This document shows positions 28,279 to 58,654 of a stretch of 64,000 bases of DNA, piece by piece. Origin of the DNA: Paraspadella gotoi (Eukaryota > Animalia > Chaetognatha). The first letter of the stretch is position 1. Each line of letters starts with the position of its first letter. The notes beneath the pieces are model-generated. The model did not search any database. It saw only the letters and a program-made list of their open reading frames with translations, and was not told the origin of the DNA. Position numbers and translations under genes: made by a program. The stretch covers positions 27,757,951-27,821,950 of the forward strand of contig CM119263.1 of NCBI GenBank assembly GCA_051294375.1. The letters are read 5' to 3'.

Positions 28279-29484
28279 AAGAGACATTATCTGACACAAA
28301 ACGTTAGTGAAGAGAGAGTCTTTGCCAAAAACGGATTAAATCTAAGTCTTCGCTCCGAAGCCTCTTCGCTCCGTTGACGAGAGTCTTTCTTCGTTTCGAG
28401 AATTTTTCGACGTCGACGTCTGCGGGTGGAGGAAGTTATTGACGGCGGTGGCGGCCGTTGCGATGGTGGCAGCGCTGGCGGCGGTGGCGGCGCTGGCGGC
28501 GGTGGTGCCGTTGGAACATGGTGACACAATCCTCCAGACAATTTTGAACAAAGAAGTTCGATACAAAATGATCTTATCGGCTTTTGTACCTAAAAAAACA
28601 TCCATATAATCCGATTCAACGATTTATTCTACCTTTGACGTCTTTAAGATGTAAACCATATATAACCATATTTATAAGCTTTTATTAATACAGATATTAA
28701 AGTTATTTTACTCCTCTTTCAGACAACCACCATTTTTTCCCTTTTTTTTTTGGCTTTCCGAGGTATTTGAAATCTTTAAGCACTATTACTGATTAATTTA
28801 GTATTAACTTTGAAGAAAAAGTGGCGTTGGTAGCGAAGTCAGCATCGGTAGCGGTTGACTGTTGGAAACCAGACCTTTTTCTTCTCCCGTCGAAATTGCG
28901 AATCTCCCTCCTCAAATAAAATTCAAGAGGGAAACGAAAAAAAAAGTAATACCCAATTTCAAAGAAACTTTTTTTTTCATTCCTTCAGTTACTTTTATTC
29001 CACGGATTACAAAGATTCCTTCCCAGACGAAAATAAAAAAAAAACATGAAGCTTTCTATCGTTCAATCAATGGCGGGGTTTTCTCATTCTTCTTTTTGTC
29101 ATGAATAAATATATGAATAAATTTATGAATAAATATTTTTTTTTAAAAATTTCCTTTTTCTATCTTATTCCACTTATTCTTTCTCCGTTTTGCCTCTCTC
29201 ATACACAAGCTCTGATTCATACAATAAAACCTTTTTCAGTAATATTTCTTTTTTTATATATATATACAGACAGAGAGACAGACAGACCAAAGAGCGGCTT
29301 AATGACTCGCAGTTCACAGAATACATTTCCTTCCCTCCATCCGAACGTCCGTCAGTCTGCCTCACCCACTCCCTCCAGAGTTGAAGTTAAAATCTTAAAA
29401 TCTTTCTTCCGCAAATAAAAACAGATGTTCGCTTGGGAAAGGAGATATTTTTTTCGATGAACTGACAACCGGGATTCCTTTGGT

Positions 29485-29960
29485 TTTTTTTAGTCGGATC
29501 TGCTTATCAGCAGATTCTGACTCTATAATTCACTTTGTCGGTCCGTCGGTCCGCCCCCTCAATCTTGTCAGAACATCTTATTTTGATAAATTATGTAAAA
29601 AAAAACGATGTCTGTCCGTCCATCCGTCCGTCCATCTGTCTGTCTGTCTGTCCGTCCGTCCATCCCACCTTAGCAAAAAACTCCAATTACTCATGATTGG
29701 TTAGATGGATTGGAATGAAATTTTGTCTGGGGTTAGGAAAGTGTATGATTGAGCTTGATATGAAGTTTCGATGGAATCGTTTGAGTGGAAAAGAGTTTAC
29801 ATGGGAAAAAATATATTTCACTATTTAAAAACAATTACTTATGAGTGGATGGGACGATTGACTTGAAATTTTGTATGTGGGTAGGAAAGTGTGTGGTTAA
29901 GCAGGAAATCAAGTTTCGATGGAATCGCGCGAGTGGAAATAAGTTAAAATGGAAAGAACA
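29485..29960 (+). mobile_element. Helentron-associated/DINE-1-like non-autonomous element
   Basis: T-run then short hairpin agtcggatc..gattctgact, ctata, a (gtcc/gtct)n microsatellite and two ~130-bp internal tandem units (tgaaattttgt...aagtttcgatggaatcg). The same head ttttagtcggatct precedes the gap at 15655. Confidence 0.6.
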
Positions 29961-30962
29961 AAAAAACTGTTTGATTATGCTTTTTTTTCTTTTTAAATTA
30001 AATGTTAATGCAAGATGTATTAATTAATCAAATACTTAATCAGTTAATTAATCAATTAGTTAATTACTCAATCAATAATTAATTATTCAGTCAATTAATA
30101 AATCAATTAATTATTAAATCAATCTATTATTTATCTATTAATTAATTATTTAATCAATCAATCAATCAAGTCAATCGTTATCAACATTATTGTCGTTGTA
30201 GCCATCATCGTCGTCGTTTCTTTTGTCGTGGTCAGTGACGAAAATACCTAAAAAAACATTTTGGATCAAATTAATTAATTATCAATTAATTAATAAATTT
30301 ATTAATTAATTACCGCTAATGATCGTGGGCAGATCCGATCCGATCCGATCAAACTTGTTTTCAATCGAACGACTTTTTAATGACAAAAAGCTTTAACGTT
30401 GGAAGGTGTAACGACGTTGTGAGAATAGTAACCGTAACCGTAACCATCCAGGTTACATGACCATGTTACATTCATACTATTCTATGATGGCTCGTGTGAA
30501 CGTGATGTATTTTCTCGTTCACTCTATTGGGGACTGTTACTGCCTTGGAAAGCCTTGCTCTTGGAAATAGTATCAAAATGTTTGGAATAATAGGCAAAAC
30601 TATCACGATTCCTTTGTGATGGTAGTAATCGGAATAATCTCGGCCCAGATTTTAGAAAAAAATTCGGATGAGTATGTACTTGACAGAAGTTCACTTTATT
30701 GTCTTAATCCCTTTAAAAGGTTCAACTGTTTCATGGCTTCGGTATCTTTTCACGATTTAATACCTAAGAGGCCAATGGTGTCCTTCAACGACTCAGTATC
30801 TTCGTGGCGCTGGGGTCCTTCATCAATTTAATTGCTTGGCGAATCGGTCGCCATTCTCAGCCTTGGAGAAGTTGATGAGCATTCCTTTGCTTTTTGATTT
30901 ATTGAGATGTTTTTTCTGCCAACGCAGCTTGAGTCTCTCTCTCTCTCTCTCACTCTCGTCCT

Positions 30963-30993
<31 letters not shown>

Positions 30994-31059
30994 ACAGATT
31001 TTATATGGCAAAAAAATAGTGACTGAGTGTGTGTGTGTGTGGGAGAGAAGAGAGAAGAG

Positions 31060-31108
<49 letters not shown>

Positions 31109-32718
31109 AGAGAGAAAGAGAGAGAGAGAGAATTCATCTTCGCGTCAATTTTGGAAATCCTGCCTATATTTTTTTCCCTGCGAATCGAGTCTAGTAAAAA
31201 TCCCCAATTTTGCGGAGAAAGAGAGCAAAGCTTTGGAAAGCTGACGAGCTGGCTGGTTTTTCGATGGTGAATTTTAGTAGTATCGTTGGTTTGCGATTTT
31301 TTGTTTATTTTTTGTGTCTTTTAATAGACTGTAAAGAACCACCGGAAAGAAAAATAAAAGACAGAAATAATTAAATTTCATTAGAATTTCCATCAACAAG
31401 CAATTCAAGGACAAAAAAAAAAAAAAAAGAACACCTAATCGGCTGAATACTGAATTCCAATTGAGCCGATTGTCGCGAACCAAATTTCCGATAAAAACGA
31501 GATAAGAATTACGATCGCCAAATTGTGTTTAGCCCAAGACTTCCTGCCGCTTTCTCGCCTTCACGCAATCTTTTTCACATTTAGCTTAATATAAAACTCG
31601 TCAAATAAAAAGTGATAAAAAAAAGCGCCGGGTTGGCCACAATGTCCAGTGGCCAGAGACCACGCCCATTTACTCAATTCCCCATCGCATGGGGGAATCA
31701 TCAACCGTAATGTCCACAAAGGCACATCCTGTCTCCATGGCAACGACTTGAGCATAATTGTCAGTTTACTGCCTTTCAGTTTTGCATCGATGCGCAGCCA
31801 AATGAAAGGAAGCGACTCTATGGTTCGGGCAAACTGCAAACGATTTCAACGTTTTGTTCTTTTTCAATCTTTACGAAAAGATTTTCATATAAATCTATAT
31901 AATTTTATATACATTTCTTAAGCAGTGAAATAAAAACAAATGTTATAATTCTTATCTTAATCAATATAATAGATACTTTATCTTCTCATTAATTAAAAAA
32001 AATCCTTGACGTTTATATTTCTACATTATAACAACTCCGTGTAAAGTCAAGACGCCGCTTCTGTCAAAAACAATTGTTTGGCTTCTAACATCAATGTCAT
32101 TCCTTTTTTTCATCTGCTCTTTTTTCATTAATCTAAAAACTGTGTGAATTAACAGTTACTAAATTTTTGTATCTCTTAATGTGTAACTCCACTCCGAACC
32201 CGAACAGCCTCTATTGCTTACGTAACACCCTTCAGAACTCCGTCACCCCGATTTGCTCCTACGCCCTCTTTCAACCTTTTCCTCTCCCCCGCCCTCCCCC
32301 GGATTCCACTCCTCCCGGATGTAATGGTTTTCCGGATCTGCTTGGTCGCTGATCGAGAATCTCGCCGCATGAATTTCTAATTATTTCTTCTTTTTTTTTT
32401 CAGCGGTGGTTTTTTTTTGTTTTGTTTGTTTGTTTGTTTGCTGTAGATTCCATTTGAAAGACATTTGGAACATGTACATAGGTCAGAAAATTAAATTAAG
32501 ATGTGACAAAAAATTAAAATATTCATTTAAAAAAAATGTTTTATTTTGATATTTTATAATTCTTGAATAGATTTATAGCGGAAATGATATTTACAAATTA
32601 AATAATATAATTCCTGTGAAGTAATCCAGTTCGTGATTGGTCGTTTTGAGTCTTTTTCGAACGTCGTCTTTTTCATCATTTCTCGCGATGGAGACCCCGA
32701 TGAAAACAGTGGAGAAAG

Positions 32719-32787
<69 letters not shown>

Positions 32788-32908
32788 AAACGAAAGTAAA
32801 CATCAGTATAAAGAAGACGGAAGGCAAAACCGTCGGTCGCCGCTCACCTCGGCGGTTAAATCTAAAAAATTTCGCTCTTTATAGCTCTCGTAGAAATCCT
32901 TTTATGAC

Positions 32909-32968
<60 letters not shown>

Positions 32969-33263
32969 TTCACCCTTGGCTTTTATTCTTGAGTTGGGAA
33001 ATCTGTGGCGTCGCGGCAGAAACGGTCGGGGAGCTCGTATAAAGAGGACATGCGTGGCGAACAAAAACAAATTCCGTGGAGGAGAAGAAGGAGAGGAAAG
33101 AATAAAAAGAAAAGAAGGAGACGAAAAAGAAGATATAAAATATAAAAGAAAAAGAAAAAGAGTAACAAAATGAGGGGGAGGACAAGAATGAAAAAAGTTT
33201 TGAGGGAAACTAGAGAAGCTTTCTCTCCGGACAGTGAACCCATGCGCCCGGATCTAGGGGCTG

Positions 33264-33374
<111 letters not shown>

Positions 33375-34750
33375 CGAATGAATAGTTTTGTCTCCACCAT
33401 GTTGTTTCTGCGACCACAAGGGGGCGCGTTAGCATCTCGTCAACTGCGACGTCGTAATCTCGATTCTCGGAAGGAAAAAAAATCCAAGATGGCGCCGACG
33501 TGGGTTTGAAAAGGGGGTGAAAGGAGAGGGGGAGTCGGGCGGAAAAAAGCGCCGGAAGGCTCTGCGTTTTCACGATTGTTCTTCGGAAGAAGCGGGAAAA
33601 GACAAAAGTATAAACACCGGAAAAAATGGATAAAAAAGGAACAAAAAAAATAAAGAAGATAAAACCATAAAATGAGGTGAGAAATATGGCCTCTTCTTCG
33701 GCGGAGGATGGAGACCGACATTTTTTTAAGATTTTTTTCTTTGTTTTGTTTCTTTGTCGCCGAAAGTGATTATTTACCTCCGAAATAAGTCTAATAATTT
33801 TTTTTTGTGAAGAGATATTATTTTTCCAGGATTAATTTATATTTCTTTTTTTTTATCTTGACTTCATTTTAGATTAAAATTTTTTTTTATCTAATAGAAT
33901 GATATTAAAACAACGTTAAATCAAACCCTCGATACCAAAAAAAGTATGGTCACAAATCTCCGTAGCGAAGAGACGCTTTCCATTGTCTTCTGCCTTTTTT
34001 TCTTTCTTTTTCTCCTTCGCTTTGTCGTCTTCTTTTTAATCTTCATCTTACAAGATTCTTCTTGCACAACATTCCCTTTGTCTTATCTCATTTAATTCCA
34101 TATATTTCCTTTCGTCCTCCTTTCTCCTTAACTTGTATCCATCCCAATTTCCAAACGTTTTCCATTCCTAAATCCTAAACTATTTTTCCCCACACTCCAC
34201 CAATTCTGCCTCCCTTCCGTCTCTTCCTCCTTTCCTCCCTCTTCACCCCTTCCTACCTCCCTTCCTCCTTCCCTCTTCTTTCTCCTCTCCCTCCCCCTTC
34301 TCTTCCCCACGCCTCGTGTTTTTAATGACGTCACGTGATCGGGTTGGAATCGCCAATAACTCTGATGGAAGAACCGAAGATATTTGGTTGATGGAAAAGA
34401 AGAAATGGAAAGAATAATAAAGAGACTTATTGCGGACTTTCTTCTTTTACCTGATGGTCGAGAGGGAAAGAGAAACCAATGACTTGACACGCGTTGACAA
34501 TTTCTTTTTCTGATGGAAACGTGAAGAATGAGAAGATGAAGATGAGCTAAAGTAATCATAATATTAAATCGAACAGACAGTAGAGACAGTAGAGATTTTA
34601 TATAATAAAAGAACTGTTGAGCTACTCAACGTGATTGAATATAAAATCCGAAAAAGATTCATTGTAATAAAAGATTTATGTTCATCATTTGAAGACGTAT
34701 GTGGAAAATGATAAATTCAGTGGAAACGCGCTCATCTTTGAGCACAGAGA

Positions 34751-34861
<111 letters not shown>

Positions 34862-35224
34862 GTATGTATCTGATTTGGTACTATCTCATTTCTTTCAGTA
34901 ACACGCTTCTGCTCTGAAATTATTCATTGCCATAAATGACTAAAAAATTCGATAATTCACGGAATGTCACTGAAATCTCTTTTCACCATATTTGTGGTTG
35001 TTATCCCTTTCAACGGAAGCCCAAACCAAAAAGGGGCCGAGTCTCGCAAACCGATTCACGGTTCACAAGTTTGTGAGTCCCTTGGGCTTCGCACTTTTCA
35101 GGTTCGTTTACAATTCATAATTCTTGGATGAAAATGAGGAGGAGGAGAAGGAGGAGGAGGAGGAAGATGAGGAAGATGATGAGGAAGATGAATTATATTA
35201 AAAAAAAAAGAGCATTATATATGT

Positions 35225-35540
35225 GTTTTATTCGTTTACAACAATTAGTTGAAACAGTACATTCAAAAGGGCATACAGCATTACAGATAAACGCATAAAT
35301 TGTACAGTTTACAATTCAACAAAATATAAATATTTAAATTAACAGAACGAAAAAAAAAGAAAAAAAAAATCAATAATAAGCTGACAAGATTTTTAGAATA
35401 TTGTTTCTAGAGGAAAAAAGCTTGGATTCAAAGTTTTTTGATCTACAAGCAAAAATTTTATAGATATCATTATATCCAAATGAGGACCTTAATGATCGTA
35501 ATTATAAAGAGTTGGATTAGAATGAAGTAGTTTGGAGAAT
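35225..35540 (-). mobile_element. Decayed LINE 3' end fragment
   Basis: Minus strand reads through shifts as I..KGP..W.....SK.L...K, resembling the conserved C-terminus of CR1/L2-group ORF2; heavily degraded. Confidence 0.3.
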
Positions 35541-36169
35541 AAGAGGATTTAAAAATAAAGATAAAGTTCAATTTTGTTTTTAGAATCGAAAAAACGGGCA
35601 AGATAGCTTATTTATTAAATGAATAGATAATTTTTATATTGGTTGTACCATTTTCATAAGTGAATATAAGCTGTCGTATCACTGGAAGAGCTCTCACTTA
35701 ACTGCGTGCGCGCTATAATAGGATGTCCGTTTCAAACTGGCGTGACAAAAATTCATCGCATTGTGGGGATATTTCACGCGACGTTTCCCACAACCCATTG
35801 CGCATCATGCGTTGAGGGACGTGACAAAACGCTTAAATCCTGTCGCGCTACGTGACACAACGTCGGTATCTTCTTCGTGCGACGATACGAAACGCGTAAC
35901 AGCGCGACAGGCGACGCAGCGGAGCATGATCACGAAAGAAATCAGTAAACAGATAAAATACAAATATGATGTAACAACATTTGGAAGAAGAGCTTTGTGA
36001 TAAAAAAAAGTGAAATTTTTTTTCTTCAAGAAATCAGTTTTTCTTTTGTGTAAAGTTTTTTTAATTTCCTTTTATTTTTAAACTTCGACCTTGAATTAAT
36101 TTCGGTATCAGATTTTTTCCCCCCTGAATTAAAAAAAAAAATTTCCTTGAAAATGGGAGAAATCGGAAA

Positions 36170-36277
<108 letters not shown>

Positions 36278-38678
36278 TTTCCCGCGGTTTCAACCACGAA
36301 TCACTTCCCTCGTTTTTCGCTTTTATTCGCGCGGTATTTTAAAGAAAAAAAAACTAAAGAAAGGTTTAACGAATCGAGAAAGATTACCAAGTGGAGACTG
36401 GAGAGTGGTAGGGAAGTATCAAGAGTGGTCGGGAGTTGTCGAAAGTGGCTGCGAGTCAATTAGAGTGGTAGAGAGTGCTCAAAAATGATAGAGAGTGTTC
36501 GCATCTGAATGAGAATGGTATCCCATGAACGAAAAAAAGATCAAAGCATTGGAGAGTAGTCAAGACTCAAGAGTGGTCGGAAGTCGTCTCATGTGGTCGT
36601 GATTGATCAAGAGTGTTACAGGGTGTTCACTTTCTCGAGAAAGATCGAAAAAGAATACAACCCTCCATCTTTTCGTCAACTGAATTCGGAATGAAATTAC
36701 AGCGTTCCGATTTCCATCTGAGAGTTTCAGGTTATATCGGGGGGTGGAGTGAAAGGGGCACGTGGTTTTCTTGGCTGTTAACTCTGTCGACGGAAATAAA
36801 TTGAAAAATAAACCCGACGATTCAAAGTCGATTTCGTCTTTGGGGGGGAGAGGAAGTTCTGGAAGGGGGGGTGGTCTGGAGGGTAAGGAACTCGAACGGG
36901 TGACGAGTTTCTTTTTTTTTTTAATCCCAAATAATAAATGTTATGACGACAAGTTTGAAAGGTAGATGGGCAAATAAAAAAAAAAAACTAAAACTTTCTA
37001 ATATTATTTTTTCATTTATTTGAGAGTTTTTTTTTTAAACCCATTCCAGATTGTTGATAAACTTCAGATACAAACTCTGCCATTAACGTATTTTCTTTTT
37101 TCTTGTCTTGGATTTTTTTTTCTTTTTCTCTCATTTCCGTCATTTTATAACAATCTTTCCCTTCTTTTCTCTCGATCTCATTTCCTTTCTCCTTTACTAC
37201 TTTCCCAATCTAGGGTTCCTTTTTTCCCTCCTCATTCTCCAATTTCATTTCCTCATTTCTTTTTCAGTCAATCTCCAAATTCTCTTTTTTTCTTTATTCC
37301 CTTTTCTTTCTTACCTTTCTATCCTTCACTTACCCTATCCTCCCTTCTCCTCCCACTCAAGGAAAAAAAAAGATAGAAAATTCTGCAGAAATTCCTGATC
37401 GTTGGTTCGTGATAAATTCGTCTTGTTCCATTGAAGTTCGAAGACGCTGGCTCCGGTTCTGCAATGGAACCACTCTACCGTGTTGCCTCTCACTCTCTTC
37501 CATACTTACAGTCAGGCGTTCAGCCATTCCAATTCCATCCATTCGCCTTTCCACTGAATAACTGTGTCGCTTCAGAGAGGCTCCAATGTGTTTCTGGCCC
37601 ATATACACTGTGAAACCATTTTTTTTGTCAAGTCAAAAATATTCTAAATATATTTTTAAAACTTACTAAATTATACGTAAAATGATTCAAAAAATCTGAA
37701 GACGAGTTAGTCGATTTAGATCCCAAGGAAAGGACCTTGAGATGCAAAAAATAATTTTCATACAAATGTAAAGTAAATTTGGCCATGTGAAGTCAGATAA
37801 TACTCTATTTTATAAACAAAATTAACCGTTGATGTAATATCCGCCTCATTGGTTTCTCTTTGCCATTCCTGTTTTTCTAAGACTAATGGTTTTGGAAGAA
37901 AGAAAAAAAGAAAAGCAATGAAAACGATCAAAACATTTGTTGCTTCTTTTTTTTTGGTGGTTGCAACTTGGAACTGGATTCTTTTAAGGGGGGGACGGTT
38001 TTTTGGGGGGGCGGAGTAGATGAGAATGCGCAAAGTTTCTTTTTCGTGTCAGCGATAAAATCAAAACAATGTTAAGTTATATGATTTGTTATGATGTGGA
38101 AAAAATCTATAGCGGAGAAAAAAGTCTTCCTTTTTTCTCCCGAATGGAAATTTATTGAAATGAAAATATAATTTGATTTTAGTTCATACAATAGTGTCTG
38201 TTTGAAATTTGAATAACATCTTTCACGACAGTTTTAAATTGATTCCTGAGAATATGAATTCTTTTCTCTTTCTTTCGAGACACTCTATCGTATGGTAAAA
38301 ACAACAGAATATTTTAATTTCTTTTTTTTTTTTAACAATCACTACCAGAACCAGAGCCCCAACATAACAATGGGTCCGGTTCGTTATGAAATAGTTGTTT
38401 CTGATGGCAGCAAATGCCAGCGAATGTCGGCGGACGCAAGAGAGAAAAAAAAAATCTCGATGTGGATCAGGAATTCGGGAAAATGTCACTGAAATGCCGA
38501 TGAGGAAAAAGAGAAGGAGGGAGAGAGATGGGAGAGAAATAGATGAAGGAAGAGAGGTTGGGAAAGAGATCGGGGAAAGGAATGAGGGAAGAAGATGAGA
38601 AAATGAGAAGAGAGAGAGACGTTTCAATGTATCTCTAATCTGGCATTGAGAGAGACGTTTGATTTACCTGGTATTGGG

Positions 38679-38711
<33 letters not shown>

Positions 38712-38713
38712 GA

Positions 38714-38777
<64 letters not shown>

Positions 38778-40255
38778 AGAGAGAAGAGAGAGAAAGAGAG
38801 AAAGAAAGAAAGAGAGTTTTTATCATGTTCATTCGTGAAGACGAGTGCCAATCAGGTAAGAGAACGAAGAGGAGGTAAAGAGACGTGCTTCGTATTCATT
38901 GGTATATCCGAGGTAAGTTTGAATCGAAGAGAGCCAATCAGAAGGGAGGAGGAAGAGCAGTGAGAAGCCAAAGCTTTCATTCACTTTCTCTTTAGATCTC
39001 ATAACAAAAGCGTCTCTTTACGATTCTTTGTTCTGCATTCGAAAAACTATTGTCGAAGACAATTTTAAGCATTCGTAAATATTCTCATCACAGAAATGAA
39101 ATTAATATTCTAGAATCATAAGACAAATATATTACACTAACTTGAAATCCCGATTACATCAAGATTCTATTTTGTATTCTCTCTTTTCGTTGTATTTTTA
39201 GATTTAGTGAAAAAAGAAGTTTTTATTGGCAGAAACAACAATTTTTTATTAGCTGTAAGCAGTAAGAGTCGCTGATTGAAGACTCGCTTTTTTAAAAAAA
39301 CCAATATATAAAAATTTTATAACTAAAAAAAAGTAAAAATTATTTTCTAATTACTTTAACCCCAAACCCCCCTAATTTTAATTACCCTTAACACCCTTAA
39401 ACCATCTTAAACCATCCCTAGACTCACGCTGAAACGCGCACAGATAGCGAGAGAGAGAGAGAGAGAGAGAGAAGGAGCTTTAGGATATTAACTGACCTCC
39501 CAAGAGTTCAACGAAAGGGAGAGAGAGAAAAAAAAACTTATGATTGGACATAAAGTCCATTAAGGGCGACGTTGTTTACGTGACCTCGTCGAGGTGAAGA
39601 GTAGTCGGAAAGCGGAGGAGTGCATGGTTGTGATAATGATTTGATGGTCTAGTTCGTGCCTTGGGAATGTAAAAAAAAAAACCGTTTTTTGACGAAGTGT
39701 TCTCTTTAAGTTTAAGCAGCATTGATCGTTTTTCGCAAGCCGACCCGACAAATCTGATGAAGTCATGTCGTGTATTTAAAAGAAATTATCTTTACCATTT
39801 TAACTCACGTTTTAAATTCATACATTTATGTGGCCAAAATGAGCCCACTCGCGCAGTCCATCTGCCTTTTTTATTCTCGCGTTTTACCCTTTCTCATCCC
39901 ATAAGTTTTCTTGTTTTCTGTTTTGAGCGTCGAGTTCATCCTCACATAATCAGTTTTCTTCTGTTTTTATCTGTTTTCTCCTTCCGGTTTAACCGTTTAG
40001 CGTCGCCGAGCCTGTCCCGGCGTCCCGGCGGGTCCCGCTCAACCTTGGACCCGAAATCTTTTTCGGATCTAGAACCAACCTGACCTCACCACCACTCTTT
40101 CTTCGATCTCGTTCGGTTCCTTACCTTAACCTCACCCCCTCTACCCTACCTCACTTTCTCTCTCTCTCCCCTTTGCTCCCTTATTCCCCAATTCGCGTCG
40201 GATTCGCCTCCGCCGTAAATAATGACGTCGATTCCACCCAAATTCTAGTGGAAAG

Positions 40256-40525
40256 CAGATTTGGTGCTCAGATTTGGAGGAGAAAATCGACTTTCAGATT
40301 TGGTGCTCAGATTTGGAGGAGAAAATTGACTTTCAGATTTGGTGCTCAGATTTGGAGGAGAAAATCGACTTTCAGATTTGGTGCTCAGATTTGGAGGAGA
40401 AAATCGACTTTCAGATTTGGTGCTCAGATTTGGAGGAGAAAATCGGCTTTCAGATTTGGTGCTCAGATTTGGAGGAGAAAATCGGCTTTCAGATTTGGTG
40501 CTCAGATTTGGAAGAGAGAATTGAT
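40256..40525. repeat. Homogeneous 39-bp minisatellite, ~7 copies
   Basis: cagatttggtgctcagatttggaggagaaaatcgacttt repeated almost perfectly. Confidence 0.95.
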
Positions 40526-40863
40526 TTGCAGATGTACATAAACATACTTGACGATTATATATGGCGATTAGATTTTTGCTCGGAGACTCGAAAGCCAAAT
40601 TTTAATCTCAGATTTGATATTTATAAAACTTGGGTTGTGACACAGAATAGAGAAAATAGGGCCAAAAAAATTTAAAGGAAAAAATTTAAAGTAAAAAATT
40701 ATAGCGAAAGTTAGACTACAACTTAAAACACACAACGCAACTCCAAATTCAAAATCCACAACCGAATTCCTTCTCCATCATTTCTGACCGCAAATCCGGG
40801 TTTCCCTTCACTTGATTGATTGATTCGCATTACCGCCCATATTATCGCCTTTCGCTTCACTTC

Positions 40864-40908
<45 letters not shown>

Positions 40909-41087
40909 CTTCTTTGTTTAAAAGAATATTTTTATGTCGAACCCAAAGTTAGTCAAATACAGCAATCATTATTTTTACCCCTTGTTTTCCCTATTTTCGG
41001 TGAATACTAAAATAAACAGTTAAACTGCAAAAACAAAAAAAAACAAAAAAAAAAAACCTGCTGGAATGAAGAATAAACATTGGAGGA

Positions 41088-58024
<16,937 letters not shown>

Positions 58025-58127
58025 GTGAGTCACGGATGGTGCTGGGGTGATGGCTGGTCAGTGGTCAGTCAGTGATGGGGCTGGGGTGACGGCTGGTCAG
58101 TCAGTGATGGGGCTGGGATGATGGCTG
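58025..58127 (+). repeat. 32-bp tandem repeat (3 copies) starting exactly at a splice donor
   Basis: gtgagtcacggatggtgctggggtgatggctg followed by two gtcagtcagtgatggggctgggg/atga-type copies. Confidence 0.8.
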
Positions 58128-58495
58128 AGGGGAGAAATCCGTCTCGTCGTTGGCTCATGTGTATAATGAGGATCCAGAATTGGAGAGAAAGAATTAACGA
58201 GTTTAAAGATGACATGTCAGAATTTCACAAACATTATGTGACACAAAACAACCGTTAGGTTTAAAATTAAAGTACTTATATACTAGTTTCAAAGCTCACA
58301 GTATCTCAAAATCATCCCCTTCGAAGTTGAAGTCGTCAAGAATAATCCTCCCGTTCCGCTCCCGTGTGTGACTCAAAAGAAATAATAAATAAATGATGAA
58401 AAAATTATCATATAAAATCGATTTATTTCGCCACCGATTTCGCCGCTGCCGACCGCCCACCCGCTGTGTCTCCCACGCCGCAATTTTATATCAAA

Positions 58496-58532
<37 letters not shown>

Positions 58533-58654
58533 CAGTTTATATCCAGAAAAAGGATGTTTTTCGAAGAATTAATTTTTAATATGATATATATAATAATATA
58601 ATAATAACAAATAATAAGTGGAACATGATCGTTTTTTTTTTTTTCTTGTGCCAG

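Noticed and set aside
30407-30830. Possible LTR retrotransposon fragment starting tgtaacga
   Set aside because: No second LTR, PBS or recognisable gag/pol motif.
31561-31921. Overlapping ~90-aa ORFs in non-repetitive sequence
   Set aside because: No recognisable domain and no coherent donor/acceptor pair.
40256-40525. CRISPR-like array or repeat protein
   Set aside because: Head-to-tail 39-bp units with no unique spacers and no cas genes; frames stay open only because the unit length is a multiple of 3.
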